A program made the translations under genes and the position numbers. The notes beneath the pieces were generated by a model, which ran no database searches, was not told the DNA's origin, and worked only from the letters and a program-made list of their open reading frames with translations. From Myxococcales bacterium (GTDB taxonomy: Bacteria; Myxococcota_A; UBA9160; SZUA-336): a DNA stretch of 64,000 bases. Positions 27,261 to 36,425 of this stretch are shown here, in pieces. The stretch is taken from assembly GCA_013215565.1 (NCBI GenBank), contig JABSQV010000053.1, positions 7,775 to 71,774 of the forward strand, in the 5' to 3' direction. How positions within the stretch are numbered: position 1 is the first letter of the stretch; each line of letters begins with the position of its first letter.

Positions 27261-28513
27261 GCCCGGATCCGGCGGATGCGTCCGCCAAGCTCCCGGAGCT
27301 TTTCCTCGATGCGATCGTAGCCCCGGTCGATGTGGTACACGCGCAGCACATTGGTTTCACCGCGGGCGGCCAGCCCGGCCAGTACCAGGCAAGCGCTGGC
27401 GCGCAGGTCGGTCGCCATGACGGGCGCACCTTGGAGTTCCCGAACACCTCGGATCACGGCGCAGCGCCCGTCGAGCGCAATGTCGGCGCCCATGCGCTGC
27501 AGCTCGAGGACGTGCATGAAACGATTCTCGAAAATCGTCTCGGTCACGAAACTGGGCTCATCCGCGAGCGTGAGGAGCGCCATGATCTGGGCCTGCATGT
27601 CGGTCGGGAACCCCGGGAAGGGCGCGGTCTTGATCCGCGTCCCACCGATCCGGCCCACATAGCGCAGACGCACCCGGTCCGGCCCGATCTCGAGGTCGAG
27701 CCCGGCGCCCTCCAGCTTGTCGAGGACTGCGCGGAGCTGAGCAGGCTCGATCCCGGTCACCTCGATCTCGCCGCGCGTGATCGCGCCCGCGACCAGCAGC
27801 GTGCCGGCCTCGATCCGGTCACCCGCGACCTGGTGCTCCACTCCTGAGAGGCGGCTCACGCCGACAACCTCCAGGCAATCGGTCCCGGCGCCCTCGATCT
27901 GGGCGCCCATCGCGGTTAGTACACGAATCAGCTCTCCCACCTCCGGCTCGATCGCGGCGTTCTCGATCCGCGACTCGCCCTCTGCAAGGCAGGCCGCCAT
28001 CAACACGTTCTGGGTCCCGTTCACGGTGGGCAGGTCGAAGGGGATCCGGGCTCCGCGCAGCCGCTCTGCGCGTGCCTCGACGTAGCCCCGGGTGAGGTCG
28101 ACCTTGGCGCCGAGCGCCTCGAGCCCTTTCAGGTGCTGGTCGACGGGCCGGGCCCCGATTGCACAGCCGCCCGGAAGCGAGACGCGGGCCCGTCCACAGC
28201 GGGCCAGTAGCGGGCCCAGCACCATGAACGACGCGCGCATGGTCCGGACCAGGTCGTAGGGTGCCTCGACCTTCCGGGGCTCTCCGGCTTCGATCCGGAG
28301 CGTGTTCTCCCGCTCCCAGTAGGCGGGGACCCCGAGCGCGCCCAGGATCTCGATCATGGTCGAGAGATCGCGAACCCGGGGGACGTTGCCGAGCACGACG
28401 TCGCCGTCGCACAGGATCGAGGAAGCCATCAGCGCGAGCACGGAGTTCTTCGAACCGCTGGCTCGAACGCTGCCCTGGAGCGGCCGGCCTCCCCGAATCT
28501 CGAATCGATCCAT
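27257..28513 (-). CDS. murA: UDP-N-acetylglucosamine 1-carboxyvinyltransferase
   Basis: MDRFEIRGGRPLQGSVRASGSKNSVLALMA..., LPGGCAIGARPVDQHL, FPGFPTDMQAQ. 418 aa. Confidence 0.93.
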   Translation of the reverse strand: MDRFEIRGGRPLQGSVRASGSKNSVLALMASSILCDGDVVLGNVPRVRDLSTMIEILGALGVPAYWERENTLRIEAGEPRKVEAPYDLVRTMRASFMVLGPLLARCGRARVSLPGGCAIGARPVDQHLKGLEALGAKVDLTRGYVEARAERLRGARIPFDLPTVNGTQNVLMAACLAEGESRIENAAIEPEVGELIRVLTAMGAQIEGAGTDCLEVVGVSRLSGVEHQVAGDRIEAGTLLVAGAITRGEIEVTGIEPAQLRAVLDKLEGAGLDLEIGPDRVRLRYVGRIGGTRIKTAPFPGFPTDMQAQIMALLTLADEPSFVTETIFENRFMHVLELQRMGADIALDGRCAVIRGVRELQGAPVMATDLRASACLVLAGLAARGETNVLRVYHIDRGYDRIEEKLRELGGRIRRIRA

Positions 28514-28533
28514 CCCCGATGCTCTCCGCCGCG

Positions 28534-29388
28534 TCAGTCCCCGCCGAACCGACCGAGGACGACTCGCTCGATTCCGGCCAGGTCCCGGACGCGCTCCACC
28601 TGGATCGCTCCGGCTTCGCGCATCAGCTCCTCTACGTCCGCAGCCTGTCCGGCCCCGACCTCGAGGGCCAGATGGCCCGGGCGCGCAAGCCGGGAGGGCG
28701 CCTCGTGGCAGAGCTCGCGAACCAGGTCCAGGCCGTCGGCGCCGCCATCCAGCGCTTCCCGGGGCTCGTGTCGGACTTCGGGCGCGAGTTCCGCGATCTC
28801 GGCGCGCCGCACGTAGGGCGGGTTTGAGACGATGGTCTCGAAGCCCGGTCCGACCGGACCCAGCCCCTCGCCCTCCACCAGCGTCACGCGTTCGGACACG
28901 CCCAGAAGCTCCAGATTCTCGCGCGCCACTGAGAGAGCCGGGCGCGACCGCTCGACCGCCAGGATCGCGGCTTCCGGGAGCTCGCGCGCAAGGGCCGCGG
29001 CCAGCGCCCCCGAGCCGGTCCCGATCTCGGCCACCAGGGACGGCCGCAGGTCGCGCACCGTCTCGACCAGAAGCTCGGTCTCGGGCCTCGGGATCAGGAC
29101 GTCGGGCGTGACCTTGATCTGGAGCGACCAGAACTCGTGGACCCCCGTCAGGTAGGCGACCGGCACGCGGTCGACTGCGCGGCGCTTCACCAGTTCCCGG
29201 AACCGCGCGCGCTGGTCGTCCCGGACCGCATCCTCGAAGCGCAGATACAGGCCCATCCGATCCACGCCCATCACGTGCGCCAGCAGCACCTCGGCATCCA
29301 ACCGCGGCGTCGAGACACCGTGGCGGCCGAAGTACTCGGCCGTCCAGCGGACCAGATCCAGCGGCTGCCAGGATCGCTCTCGGCTCAT
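28534..29388 (-). CDS. prmC: peptide chain release factor N5-glutamine methyltransferase
   Basis: SAM motif EIGTGSGA and the NPPY motif (IVSNPPY). Overlaps the prfA stop by 4 nt. Confidence 0.88.
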   Translation of the reverse strand: MSRERSWQPLDLVRWTAEYFGRHGVSTPRLDAEVLLAHVMGVDRMGLYLRFEDAVRDDQRARFRELVKRRAVDRVPVAYLTGVHEFWSLQIKVTPDVLIPRPETELLVETVRDLRPSLVAEIGTGSGALAAALARELPEAAILAVERSRPALSVARENLELLGVSERVTLVEGEGLGPVGPGFETIVSNPPYVRRAEIAELAPEVRHEPREALDGGADGLDLVRELCHEAPSRLARPGHLALEVGAGQAADVEELMREAGAIQVERVRDLAGIERVVLGRFGGD

Positions 29389-30455
29389 TCGGCGTTCCCG
29401 GCCTGAAGCTGCTGGGTTTCGAAGTACACCGCGGCGCTGTCGACGAGTACGTCGAGGTCGCCGTCCAGAACCTTCTCGAGATCGTGCACGCTCAGATTCG
29501 TTCGGTGATCCGACACGCGGCTTTGGGGAAAGTTGTAGGTACGGATCCGCTCGCTGCGGTCCCCGCTTCCGATCTGTCCGCGGCGATCCTGGGCCCGCGC
29601 GTCCTCCTGGCGCTGCCGCTGCAGCTCGAACAGGCGCGAACGCAGGATTTTGAACGCGCGCGCCTTGTTTTTGTGCTGGGACTTCTCGTCCTGGCAGGTC
29701 ACGACGATTCCGCTCGGCTCGTGCGTGATCCGCACGGCCGAGTCGGTCGTGTTCACGCTCTGTCCCCCCGGACCGGAACTCCGATATACGTCGATCCGGA
29801 GGTCCTCATCGGCGATCCGAACCTCGACTTCCTTGGCCTCGGGCAGAACTGCGACCGTGACCGTCGAGGTGTGGATTCGACCCTGGGACTCGGTCACGGG
29901 AACCCGCTGCACGCGGTGAACGCCTCGCTCGTACTTGAGCTGGCGGTAGACGCGATCCCCCGAGATCGCGACCACCACCTCACGTACCCCGTTCGCGTCG
30001 GTTCTGGACGAGGAGAGCACCTCGGACTTCCAGCCTTGCCGCTCCGCATAGCGGGTATACATGCGCAGCAGGTCGGCCGCGAAGAGCGCGGCTTCCACCC
30101 CGCCGACGCCCGCGCGGATCTCGAGGACGATGTTCCGGTCGTCGTTGGGATCTCTCGGAATCAGCAGGCATTTGAGCGACTCCTCCATAGACGCGAGCAG
30201 GGTTTCGGAGGTGGCGATTTCGGCCTTCGCCAGCTCCCGGATCTCGGGGTCGGGATCCCGAAGCAAGGCGCGGTTTTCCTCGATCGCGACGTTGAGTCCC
30301 CGCCACTTTTCATAGACCTGCACGGTCTCCCGGAGCCCTGCCAGTTCCCGCGTCAGCTCGCGAAGCTGGGACGGATTCGAGGTGACCTCGGGCTTCGAAA
30401 GCTCCAGTTCGAGCTTCCTGTAACGTAGGGCGACTTCTTCCAGACGATTGAACAC
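29385..30455 (-). CDS. prfA: peptide chain release factor 1
   Basis: GGQ motif (SGPGGQSVNTT). The PxT tripeptide was not checked. GTG 30455 lies 6 nt after GGGGAG and gives VFNRLEEV..., 356 aa. Confidence 0.92.
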   Translation of the reverse strand: MFNRLEEVALRYRKLELELSKPEVTSNPSQLRELTRELAGLRETVQVYEKWRGLNVAIEENRALLRDPDPEIRELAKAEIATSETLLASMEESLKCLLIPRDPNDDRNIVLEIRAGVGGVEAALFAADLLRMYTRYAERQGWKSEVLSSSRTDANGVREVVVAISGDRVYRQLKYERGVHRVQRVPVTESQGRIHTSTVTVAVLPEAKEVEVRIADEDLRIDVYRSSGPGGQSVNTTDSAVRITHEPSGIVVTCQDEKSQHKNKARAFKILRSRLFELQRQRQEDARAQDRRGQIGSGDRSERIRTYNFPQSRVSDHRTNLSVHDLEKVLDGDLDVLVDSAAVYFETQQLQAGNAE

Positions 30456-30570
30456 GGACCGCTCCCCGGAAAGCCGGCCGGGCCGGCGCGGAAGCACACG
30501 CGCCCACAGACCCGGCAGACAGGGCTAGTGGTGGCGCTTTCGGACGGAGTCGGTGGGACGCGCCAAGGAA

Positions 30571-30777
30571 CTAGCCCGTGGCCTTCTCGTAGCGCCGCCG
30601 GAAACGCTCGACCTTCCCGGCGGTATCCACGATCTTCTGCTTCCCGGTGTAGAACGGGTGGCAGGCTGAGCAGATCTCGACCCGGATCACGGGTTGGGTG
30701 GAGCGGGTCACGAACTCGGAGCCGCAGGCGCAGCGGACCTGGCACTCGACGTAGTCTGGGTGGATCTCGGGTTTCAT
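30571..30777 (-). CDS. rpmE: 50S ribosomal protein L31 (Cys-containing, zinc-type)
   Basis: [19 protein letters not shown]...[12 protein letters not shown]. 68 aa from ATG 30777. Confidence 0.9.
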   Translation of the reverse strand: MKPEIHPDYVECQVRCACGSEFVTRSTQPVIRVEICSACHPFYTGKQKIVDTAGKVERFRRRYEKATG

Positions 30778-30964
30778 CGGGTCCGTAACCCTAGCAGGTC
30801 GGCACGGGTTCATCGAGGCGAGAAACTCCTCTTCGAGGTCCGCCGCCTCGAGCTTGTCCAGCAGGAACTCCATCGAGTCCACCGGGCTGAGCGGAGACAT
30901 GACCTTCCGGACCAGTACGTCCGGCGGAGCGTGGACACGGCGGGTGAATCCGGACCGCAGTCAG

Positions 30965-31624
30965 TCAGGCAGAGTTCGGGACTCGAAGGTAGTGAAGCAT
31001 GCGCCCGCTTCCTCGATCCCGCCGGTAGCTCGCGAAGTTCTCGGGCTGGCAGAAGGTACAACCGCCAACCCGCGCGATTTGCTCCTCGGGAATTCCGGCG
31101 CGAACGAGTTGCGCCTGGTTGAGTGCTCCGAGATCGAGCATCCAGTGGTCCCGACGCTCTCCGCGCGCGAAGACCGCTTCGTCGCGAATCGCTCGACGCA
31201 CCGGCGCATCTACCTCGTAGCAACAGGGACCGATGTGCGGGCCGATCACGGCCAACCACTCGCCGGGCCACACTCCCTGCGCTTCCTGCAGATGCTCCAC
31301 GACACTTTTCGCGATCTCGCGCGCGCTGCCGCGCCAGCCCGCGTGAACGGCCACCACGATCGGACGCGGGCGGCGCGCGGCAAGTAGCACGGGCACGCAG
31401 TCGGCTGTCACCACACCCACCGCCAGACCAGGGGAGATCGCAAACAGGGCATCTGCCTCGTCGCTCTGCCCCTCTGCCTGCACCTCGAGGATCCGCACAC
31501 CGTGAACCTGTTGCGCGCGCGCGAGCCGCGCGGGGGCCGCTTCGAACGACCCGCGCGTTCCAAACCCGTGATCGATCCCGAGTTCGGACAGAATGGGCGC
31601 GCGGAGAAAGGGCCCGGAACTCAC
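30965..31624 (-). CDS. pgeF: YfiH/PgeF-family (laccase-domain) protein
   Basis: HGFGTR, TADCVPVLL, VHAGWRG, IGPCCYEV, CT.C....F.SYRRD pattern. 4-nt overlap with rluD. Confidence 0.85.
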   Translation of the reverse strand: MSSGPFLRAPILSELGIDHGFGTRGSFEAAPARLARAQQVHGVRILEVQAEGQSDEADALFAISPGLAVGVVTADCVPVLLAARRPRPIVVAVHAGWRGSAREIAKSVVEHLQEAQGVWPGEWLAVIGPHIGPCCYEVDAPVRRAIRDEAVFARGERRDHWMLDLGALNQAQLVRAGIPEEQIARVGGCTFCQPENFASYRRDRGSGRMLHYLRVPNSA

Positions 31625-32538
31625 GGGCCGAGTCCCGCGATCACGCAGCGGAGATCTGCGGGGAGTGGAGACTCGAAGCGCAGACGCGCTCCCGCTTCCG
31701 GCGGATCGAAACCCAGCACCGCCGCGTGCAGGGCCTGGCGCTCGAGGCCGAGTGCGCGCGAGATCGCGCGACCCCCTCCATAGACGGGATCCCCCACCAC
31801 GGGAAGCCCAATCGAGGTCAGGTGCACGCGGATCTGGTGTGTGCGCCCGGTCTCAAGACGCACCCGCAGCAGGGTCAGCTCAGCGAAGCGCGCTTCTACA
31901 CTCCAGTGGGTCACCGCGCGACGTCCGCTGCGCGCGCGCGTACTGAAGCGCTTGCGATCTCCGGGATGCCGCCCGATCGCCGCATCGACCGATCCGTGCT
32001 CGCGCTTCGGCGCGCCCCGTACCAACGCCAGGTACTCCCGATCCACTGAATGACACTTGAACTGCGCCGAGAGTGCGCGGTGCGCGGCGTCCGACTTGGC
32101 AACCACCAGCAGCCCCGAGGTCCCCTTGTCGAGCCGGTGGACGATTCCGGGCCGAAGCATACCCCCGATCCCGGACAGGTCGTCGCAATGATGCAGGAGC
32201 GCGTGCACGAGGGTTCCCGAACTGCGCCCGGCCGCAGGGTGGACGACCATGCCCGCGGGCTTGTCGACGACGATAAGCGACGCATCCTGGTAGACGACGT
32301 CGAGCGGAATCGGCTCCGGTCTCAGTTCCAGAGGCTCGGGAGCCGGAACCCGTCCTTCGACGCGGTCACCCGACCGAAGGCGGTAGGCGACCTTCACGCG
32401 CACCCCCGAGACGGTGATCCAGCCTGCTTCGATCAGGCGCCGGATCCGCGAGCGGGACAGATCAGGCTGGCGCAGCGCCACCGCACTGTCGAGGCGTGAG
32501 CCAGAGAGTTCCTGTCGCGTCACAAAGCGGAACTTCAA
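31621..32538 (-). CDS. rluD: 23S rRNA pseudouridine synthase, RluD family
   Basis: N-terminal S4 domain (SRSRIRRLIEAGWITVSG). Catalytic HRLDKGTSGLLVVAK. HQIRVHL. Confidence 0.9.
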   Translation of the reverse strand: MKFRFVTRQELSGSRLDSAVALRQPDLSRSRIRRLIEAGWITVSGVRVKVAYRLRSGDRVEGRVPAPEPLELRPEPIPLDVVYQDASLIVVDKPAGMVVHPAAGRSSGTLVHALLHHCDDLSGIGGMLRPGIVHRLDKGTSGLLVVAKSDAAHRALSAQFKCHSVDREYLALVRGAPKREHGSVDAAIGRHPGDRKRFSTRARSGRRAVTHWSVEARFAELTLLRVRLETGRTHQIRVHLTSIGLPVVGDPVYGGGRAISRALGLERQALHAAVLGFDPPEAGARLRFESPLPADLRCVIAGLGP

Positions 32539-32549
32539 CGGCTCTGATG

Positions 32550-32819
32550 CTACCAGATCTGGGTCCGCACCATTCTCTGCCGGTAGATCAACACGTCGAT
32601 CAGGGCGTGATTGAAGATCCGATCTGCTCCTCCGAGATCGGCGTGCACTTGCCTCCGGTAGTAGTCGTAGGCACGCTCGATGTCAGAGTGAAGTCGATCA
32701 AAGAGGTCGTCCTTCTCGAGTCCGATCCGAAGCTCGTCACCCGCATACGCAGCCATGTCCGAGAAGAGGACGCGCGCGAGGCGCCGGGCGCGTCCGGGAT
32801 CCCGCAACAGAACTCCCAC
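32550..32819 (-). CDS. hypothetical protein (89 aa)
   Basis: GTG 32819 overlaps the upstream stop by 1 nt. Sits 11 nt before rluD. Helical-looking, no family recognised. Confidence 0.55.
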   Translation of the reverse strand: MGVLLRDPGRARRLARVLFSDMAAYAGDELRIGLEKDDLFDRLHSDIERAYDYYRRQVHADLGGADRIFNHALIDVLIYRQRMVRTQIW

Positions 32820-33451
32820 TACTCCGCACTCCGATCTTCACGCATCCGCGTCAGATAGGAGTCCACGACGCGCTCGGGATCGAGACGCAGACAGCGTGCG
32901 TACTGCTTGAGATATCCGCGCACGTAGACCTCGGCGGGCAGGTCCCGGTAGCAATTCGTCTCTAGCGAGATGAGGAACCCCCCGTCGATCTTGGTCTGCG
33001 CCGAAATCTCGTCTAGCTCGAGGCCCAGGCTGAGCCGGATCCTGCGCAGCACGCTGCCCTCGAAGACCCCGTCTTCGGGATCGTAGCCGTCGTCGAGCTC
33101 GAGCGACTCGGGCTTGGACGCGGGCTTGGACGTGGAAGAGTCCGCGTGAGTCGCAGCGGGAGCGAGCGCTGGAGTTTTCACCGTTGCGTCGGCCGCGAGC
33201 ATGACGCCCGCCCGCCGAAGCCGCGCGTCATACTCGCGCCGGGCCCGGGCATCGGAGAGCACAGTGTACGCCTCTTCGATCCGCTCCAGGATGTGCGCGT
33301 TCTCGTCATCCGAAAAAACCGAGTAAGTAGCGAGGCCGCTCGGCTGATAAGTGGATCGGTTCACCCGGTAGGCACGTTCGATCTCCTGCAGGGCGGCATC
33401 CGGCGAGATCTCGAGAATTTCGTAGTAGTTCTGGTCCACGATCCCGGTCAA
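32819..33451 (-). CDS. J-domain-like (HPD replaced by QPS) protein with a C-terminal RodZ/XRE-type HTH
   Basis: YYEILEISPDAALQEIERAYR...QPS...EEAYTVLSDARARREYD, a low-complexity linker, then LRRIRLSLGLELDEISAQTKI...YVRGYLKQYARCL. Start is TTG 33451 (TTGA overlap) or GTG 33439. Confidence 0.75.
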   Translation of the reverse strand: MTGIVDQNYYEILEISPDAALQEIERAYRVNRSTYQPSGLATYSVFSDDENAHILERIEEAYTVLSDARARREYDARLRRAGVMLAADATVKTPALAPAATHADSSTSKPASKPESLELDDGYDPEDGVFEGSVLRRIRLSLGLELDEISAQTKIDGGFLISLETNCYRDLPAEVYVRGYLKQYARCLRLDPERVVDSYLTRMREDRSAE

Positions 33452-34434
33452 CGACCTTCCTCCAGGAGCTTCTTGACGATTCGGCGGATATACATCGCTC
33501 CGTCGGACTGCGGAAAGGCCTGCACGAGCAACTGCCGGTCTTTCACGGAGCGCCAGACGGAGTCATCGAAATTGACGTAGCCCACGTAGTCCAGATCGAC
33601 CCCGAGGTGCTTCCGACAGACACCCCGCAGGGAAAATCCGAGTTTCACCTCGTCGGAATCCCGCACCTGATTCACGATCAAACGCGGTCGCATTTCGGAA
33701 ATCACACGTTTGAAGCGCGCCGCCTCCTGCGAGTCGATCTTCTCCACCTCGCTCAAAAGGTCCCCCGGCGTCCGAATTCCGCGTTCGTTGCGTTGATCCA
33801 TCGCCGCCCGGAGTACCTCGCGGACCGGAGAGCCCGAGAGCGCGTGCGCGAGTCTGCGATAGTAGGCGGCGCGCAGAAACTGATACATGTTCTCGATCGC
33901 CGTCGGCTCGGGCGTGGTCACCATGAATCTCACGCTGGCAGCCAGGAAGAAGTCGAGCGTCTGCCTGCCTGTTCCGGCGGAGAGGTCTAAGATCACCACG
34001 TCGGCCTGGAGCGCGCGAATCTGGCGCATCATCTCGATCCGCTGGCCGCGCGTGGTCTCGGCCGCGCCCGGATGGCTGAGCGCCCCCAGGATCAGCCGCA
34101 TGCCCGGGATCGCCGTCTCGATCGCGACCTTTTCGAGTTCTTCGACGCGATGATCGAGGTAGTCGAGCAGATTCACGCGTGAGCCGGTCCGCACACCGAG
34201 GCAGGTGTGGAGATTGCCGCCCCCGAGGTCCAGATCGGCCAGTACGACCCTGCGGCCGGCGAGTGCAACGGTCGCACCGAGATTGGCGGCCAGGAAGGTC
34301 TTCCCGATCCCGCCCTTGCCCCCGCCGAAGGCCCATACCTGAGGCAGCGGGCGAGGCCCGCCCCGCTGGACCCCGCGAGAACTGCTTGTATCTCGCCTAG
34401 CGCTCAGCCAACTCGGCGTTCCAGTAAGCCGCAT
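33448..34434 (-). CDS. MinD/ParA/FlhG-superfamily P-loop ATPase
   Basis: Deviant Walker A GGGKGGIGKT, A' LADLDLGGGN, Walker B VVILDLSAG. ATG 34434 (or TTG 34440) overlaps the HNH gene by about 38 nt. Confidence 0.8.
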   Translation of the reverse strand: MRLTGTPSWLSARRDTSSSRGVQRGGPRPLPQVWAFGGGKGGIGKTFLAANLGATVALAGRRVVLADLDLGGGNLHTCLGVRTGSRVNLLDYLDHRVEELEKVAIETAIPGMRLILGALSHPGAAETTRGQRIEMMRQIRALQADVVILDLSAGTGRQTLDFFLAASVRFMVTTPEPTAIENMYQFLRAAYYRRLAHALSGSPVREVLRAAMDQRNERGIRTPGDLLSEVEKIDSQEAARFKRVISEMRPRLIVNQVRDSDEVKLGFSLRGVCRKHLGVDLDYVGYVNFDDSVWRSVKDRQLLVQAFPQSDGAMYIRRIVKKLLEEGR

Positions 34435-34999
34435 CGACAAAATTCAGGAACGGGCGCCACTCCGGGTACCCCTTCCTGCCTCCCAATACACCGACCACGG
34501 GAGTCCAGCGCGGCCGCACCGGTTTCCGGATCAGCTGCAAGCCCCCCTGAGCGGGCGTCCTCCCACCCTTTCGCCGGTTGCAGTCCAGACAACTGCAGAC
34601 GACGTTTTCCCAGACACTGCGGCCTCCCTGAGACCGCGGCAACACGTGATCCAGGTTCAAGTCGGAACGAGGGTAGCGCCGCCCACAGTACTGGCACGTA
34701 TTTCGATCCCGGGCATAGATATTGATGCGGCTGAACCGGACATGCCTGCGGGGGACCCGATCGAACGCGGTCAGTACGATCACGCGCGGCACGAGAATCA
34801 TGCTGCCGATCAGGCCGATCGTCTCCTCGTCCCCCCGGACCCGGACCTCGGCCCAGGAGTCGAAGTCGAAGGTCTCGTACTGCGCGTTGACGGCGCGCGC
34901 GATCCCCTGGTAGAGCAGGCTCACGGCCCGCCGCACCGACGTCACGTGAATCGGCAAAAAGGACCGATTGAGAACCAGTACCGACCCGTCCAGCATCAA
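34397..34999 (-). CDS. HNH endonuclease-domain protein with an uncharacterised N-terminal domain
   Basis: CQYCG...LNLDHVLPRSQGG...NVVCSCLDCNRRKG. 200 aa. Confidence 0.8.
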   Translation of the reverse strand: MMLDGSVLVLNRSFLPIHVTSVRRAVSLLYQGIARAVNAQYETFDFDSWAEVRVRGDEETIGLIGSMILVPRVIVLTAFDRVPRRHVRFSRINIYARDRNTCQYCGRRYPRSDLNLDHVLPRSQGGRSVWENVVCSCLDCNRRKGGRTPAQGGLQLIRKPVRPRWTPVVGVLGGRKGYPEWRPFLNFVDAAYWNAELAER

Positions 35000-35027
35000 A
35001 AAACCTTAGCAGAAACAGGACGTTGAA

Positions 35028-36425
35028 TCAAATTTCGCGCTCGCCTGCCAGCTTCGAGAAGACCCCGAGCAAGGGCTCGATCTCTTCCGGCGCCAGCGTT
35101 CTGGGGTCGAGCAGGATCCCGCCGCGATGGATCCGGACCACGACGGGCGGGTCGGAGTGCCGCAGCGCACGTGCCAGCGCAGCCACAGAGGTGACGGGCT
35201 CGAGCCGTACCACGGAGCCCTCGAACTGCACCCCGGGCAGCGCTCCGCCGCCCGCCGCGGAGTTGCTGAGCTCCACCTCGACCGAGGGCCAGCCCTGACG
35301 CGCGAGCCCGGCCGCGAGCGCTTCCGCCCGCTCGCGCAACTCCGCGGGGGCCGCCAGGAGCATCCGCAGACTCGGCAGTTCGCGCTCCGCCCCTCCCGCA
35401 AGCAGTGGCCGGAGCGTCGCCCCGAGGGCCGCCAGCGTGAGTTTGTCGCAGCGCAGCGCGCGCGCGAGCGGATTCTGCATCAGCGCCGCGACCGGTTCGC
35501 GCCGGCCCAGCACAATCCCGGCCTGGGGACCGCCCAGCAGCTTGTCTCCACTGAAGAGTACGAGCGAAGCGCCGGCGGCGAGCCCCTCGGTCACCGGTGG
35601 TTCCGGAAGGCCGTGGGTACGGAGGTCGAGGAAGGTGCCGCTCCCGCGGTCTTCGACGACCGGAATCCCGGCCTCGCGGCCGAGGGCTGCGAGTTCGGCG
35701 ATCTCGACCTCGGCCGTGAAGCCCCGCAGCTCGAAGTTCGAGCGGTGCACCTTGAGCAACATCCCGGTATCGGGGCCGATCGCAGCCCGGTAGTCCTCCG
35801 GGTGGGTCCGATTGGTGGTGCCGATCTCGCGGAGCCTGGCCCGGCTCGAGCGCATGATGTCGGGAACCCGGAACGACCCCCCGATTTCGACGAGTTCGCC
35901 GCGCGAGACCACGACTTCCCGGCCGGCCGCGAGGGTGTCCACGGCGAGCAGCAGGGCGCCGGCGTTGTTGTTCACCACGAGAGCCGCCTCCGCGCCCGAC
36001 AGGATCCGGAGGCTCTCGGCGACGGCGGCGATGCGCGAGCCCCGCTCCCCTGATTCGAGATCCAGCTCGAGATCGCTGTAGCCACGGGCCGCATCCGCCG
36101 CCGCAGCCGCGGCCGCCTCCGACAACGGGGCCCGGCCTAGATTCGTGTGGAGGACGACGCCCGTGGCGTTCAGAACGCGCCTGGGACTTCTCGCCTCGAG
36201 GGCATGCGCGCGGGCTCGTGTACGCGAAGCCAGCGCCTCCAGGCTGACCGGGATTGCGTCTCCTCCGCCGGTCTGAAGCAGCCGGCGCGCCTCCTCCAGC
36301 ACCCCTCGCGCGGCCGCCAGCACGCTCCAGCGCGCCAGATTCGTGTGTTCGGACGCCGCGCGCACCAGCCGATCGGTCTGCGGCAGACGGCGAAGCTGTT
36401 CATTGACTGAGGTTTGGGAGTCCAT
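35028..36425 (-). CDS. selA: L-seryl-tRNA(Sec) selenium transferase
   Basis: ATG 36425 gives 465 aa. SelA blocks: VLNATGVVLHTNLGRAPL, VVNNNAGALLL, SRGELVEIGGSFRVPD, and the PLP-lysine motif FSGDKLLGGPQAG. The ORF extension to 38243 is a shadow of rng. Confidence 0.88.
   Translation of the reverse strand: MDSQTSVNEQLRRLPQTDRLVRAASEHTNLARWSVLAAARGVLEEARRLLQTGGGDAIPVSLEALASRTRARAHALEARSPRRVLNATGVVLHTNLGRAPLSEAAAAAAADAARGYSDLELDLESGERGSRIAAVAESLRILSGAEAALVVNNNAGALLLAVDTLAAGREVVVSRGELVEIGGSFRVPDIMRSSRARLREIGTTNRTHPEDYRAAIGPDTGMLLKVHRSNFELRGFTAEVEIAELAALGREAGIPVVEDRGSGTFLDLRTHGLPEPPVTEGLAAGASLVLFSGDKLLGGPQAGIVLGRREPVAALMQNPLARALRCDKLTLAALGATLRPLLAGGAERELPSLRMLLAAPAELRERAEALAAGLARQGWPSVEVELSNSAAGGGALPGVQFEGSVVRLEPVTSVAALARALRHSDPPVVVRIHRGGILLDPRTLAPEEIEPLLGVFSKLAGEREI

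Noticed and set aside
30778-30900. In-frame 41-codon upstream extension of rpmE (ORF 30571..30900)
   Set aside because: L31 homologues start at MKxxIHP, which matches ATG 30777. The candidate upstream ATGs have poor or mis-spaced SD sequences. This is most likely 5' UTR, but ribosome profiling could revisit it.
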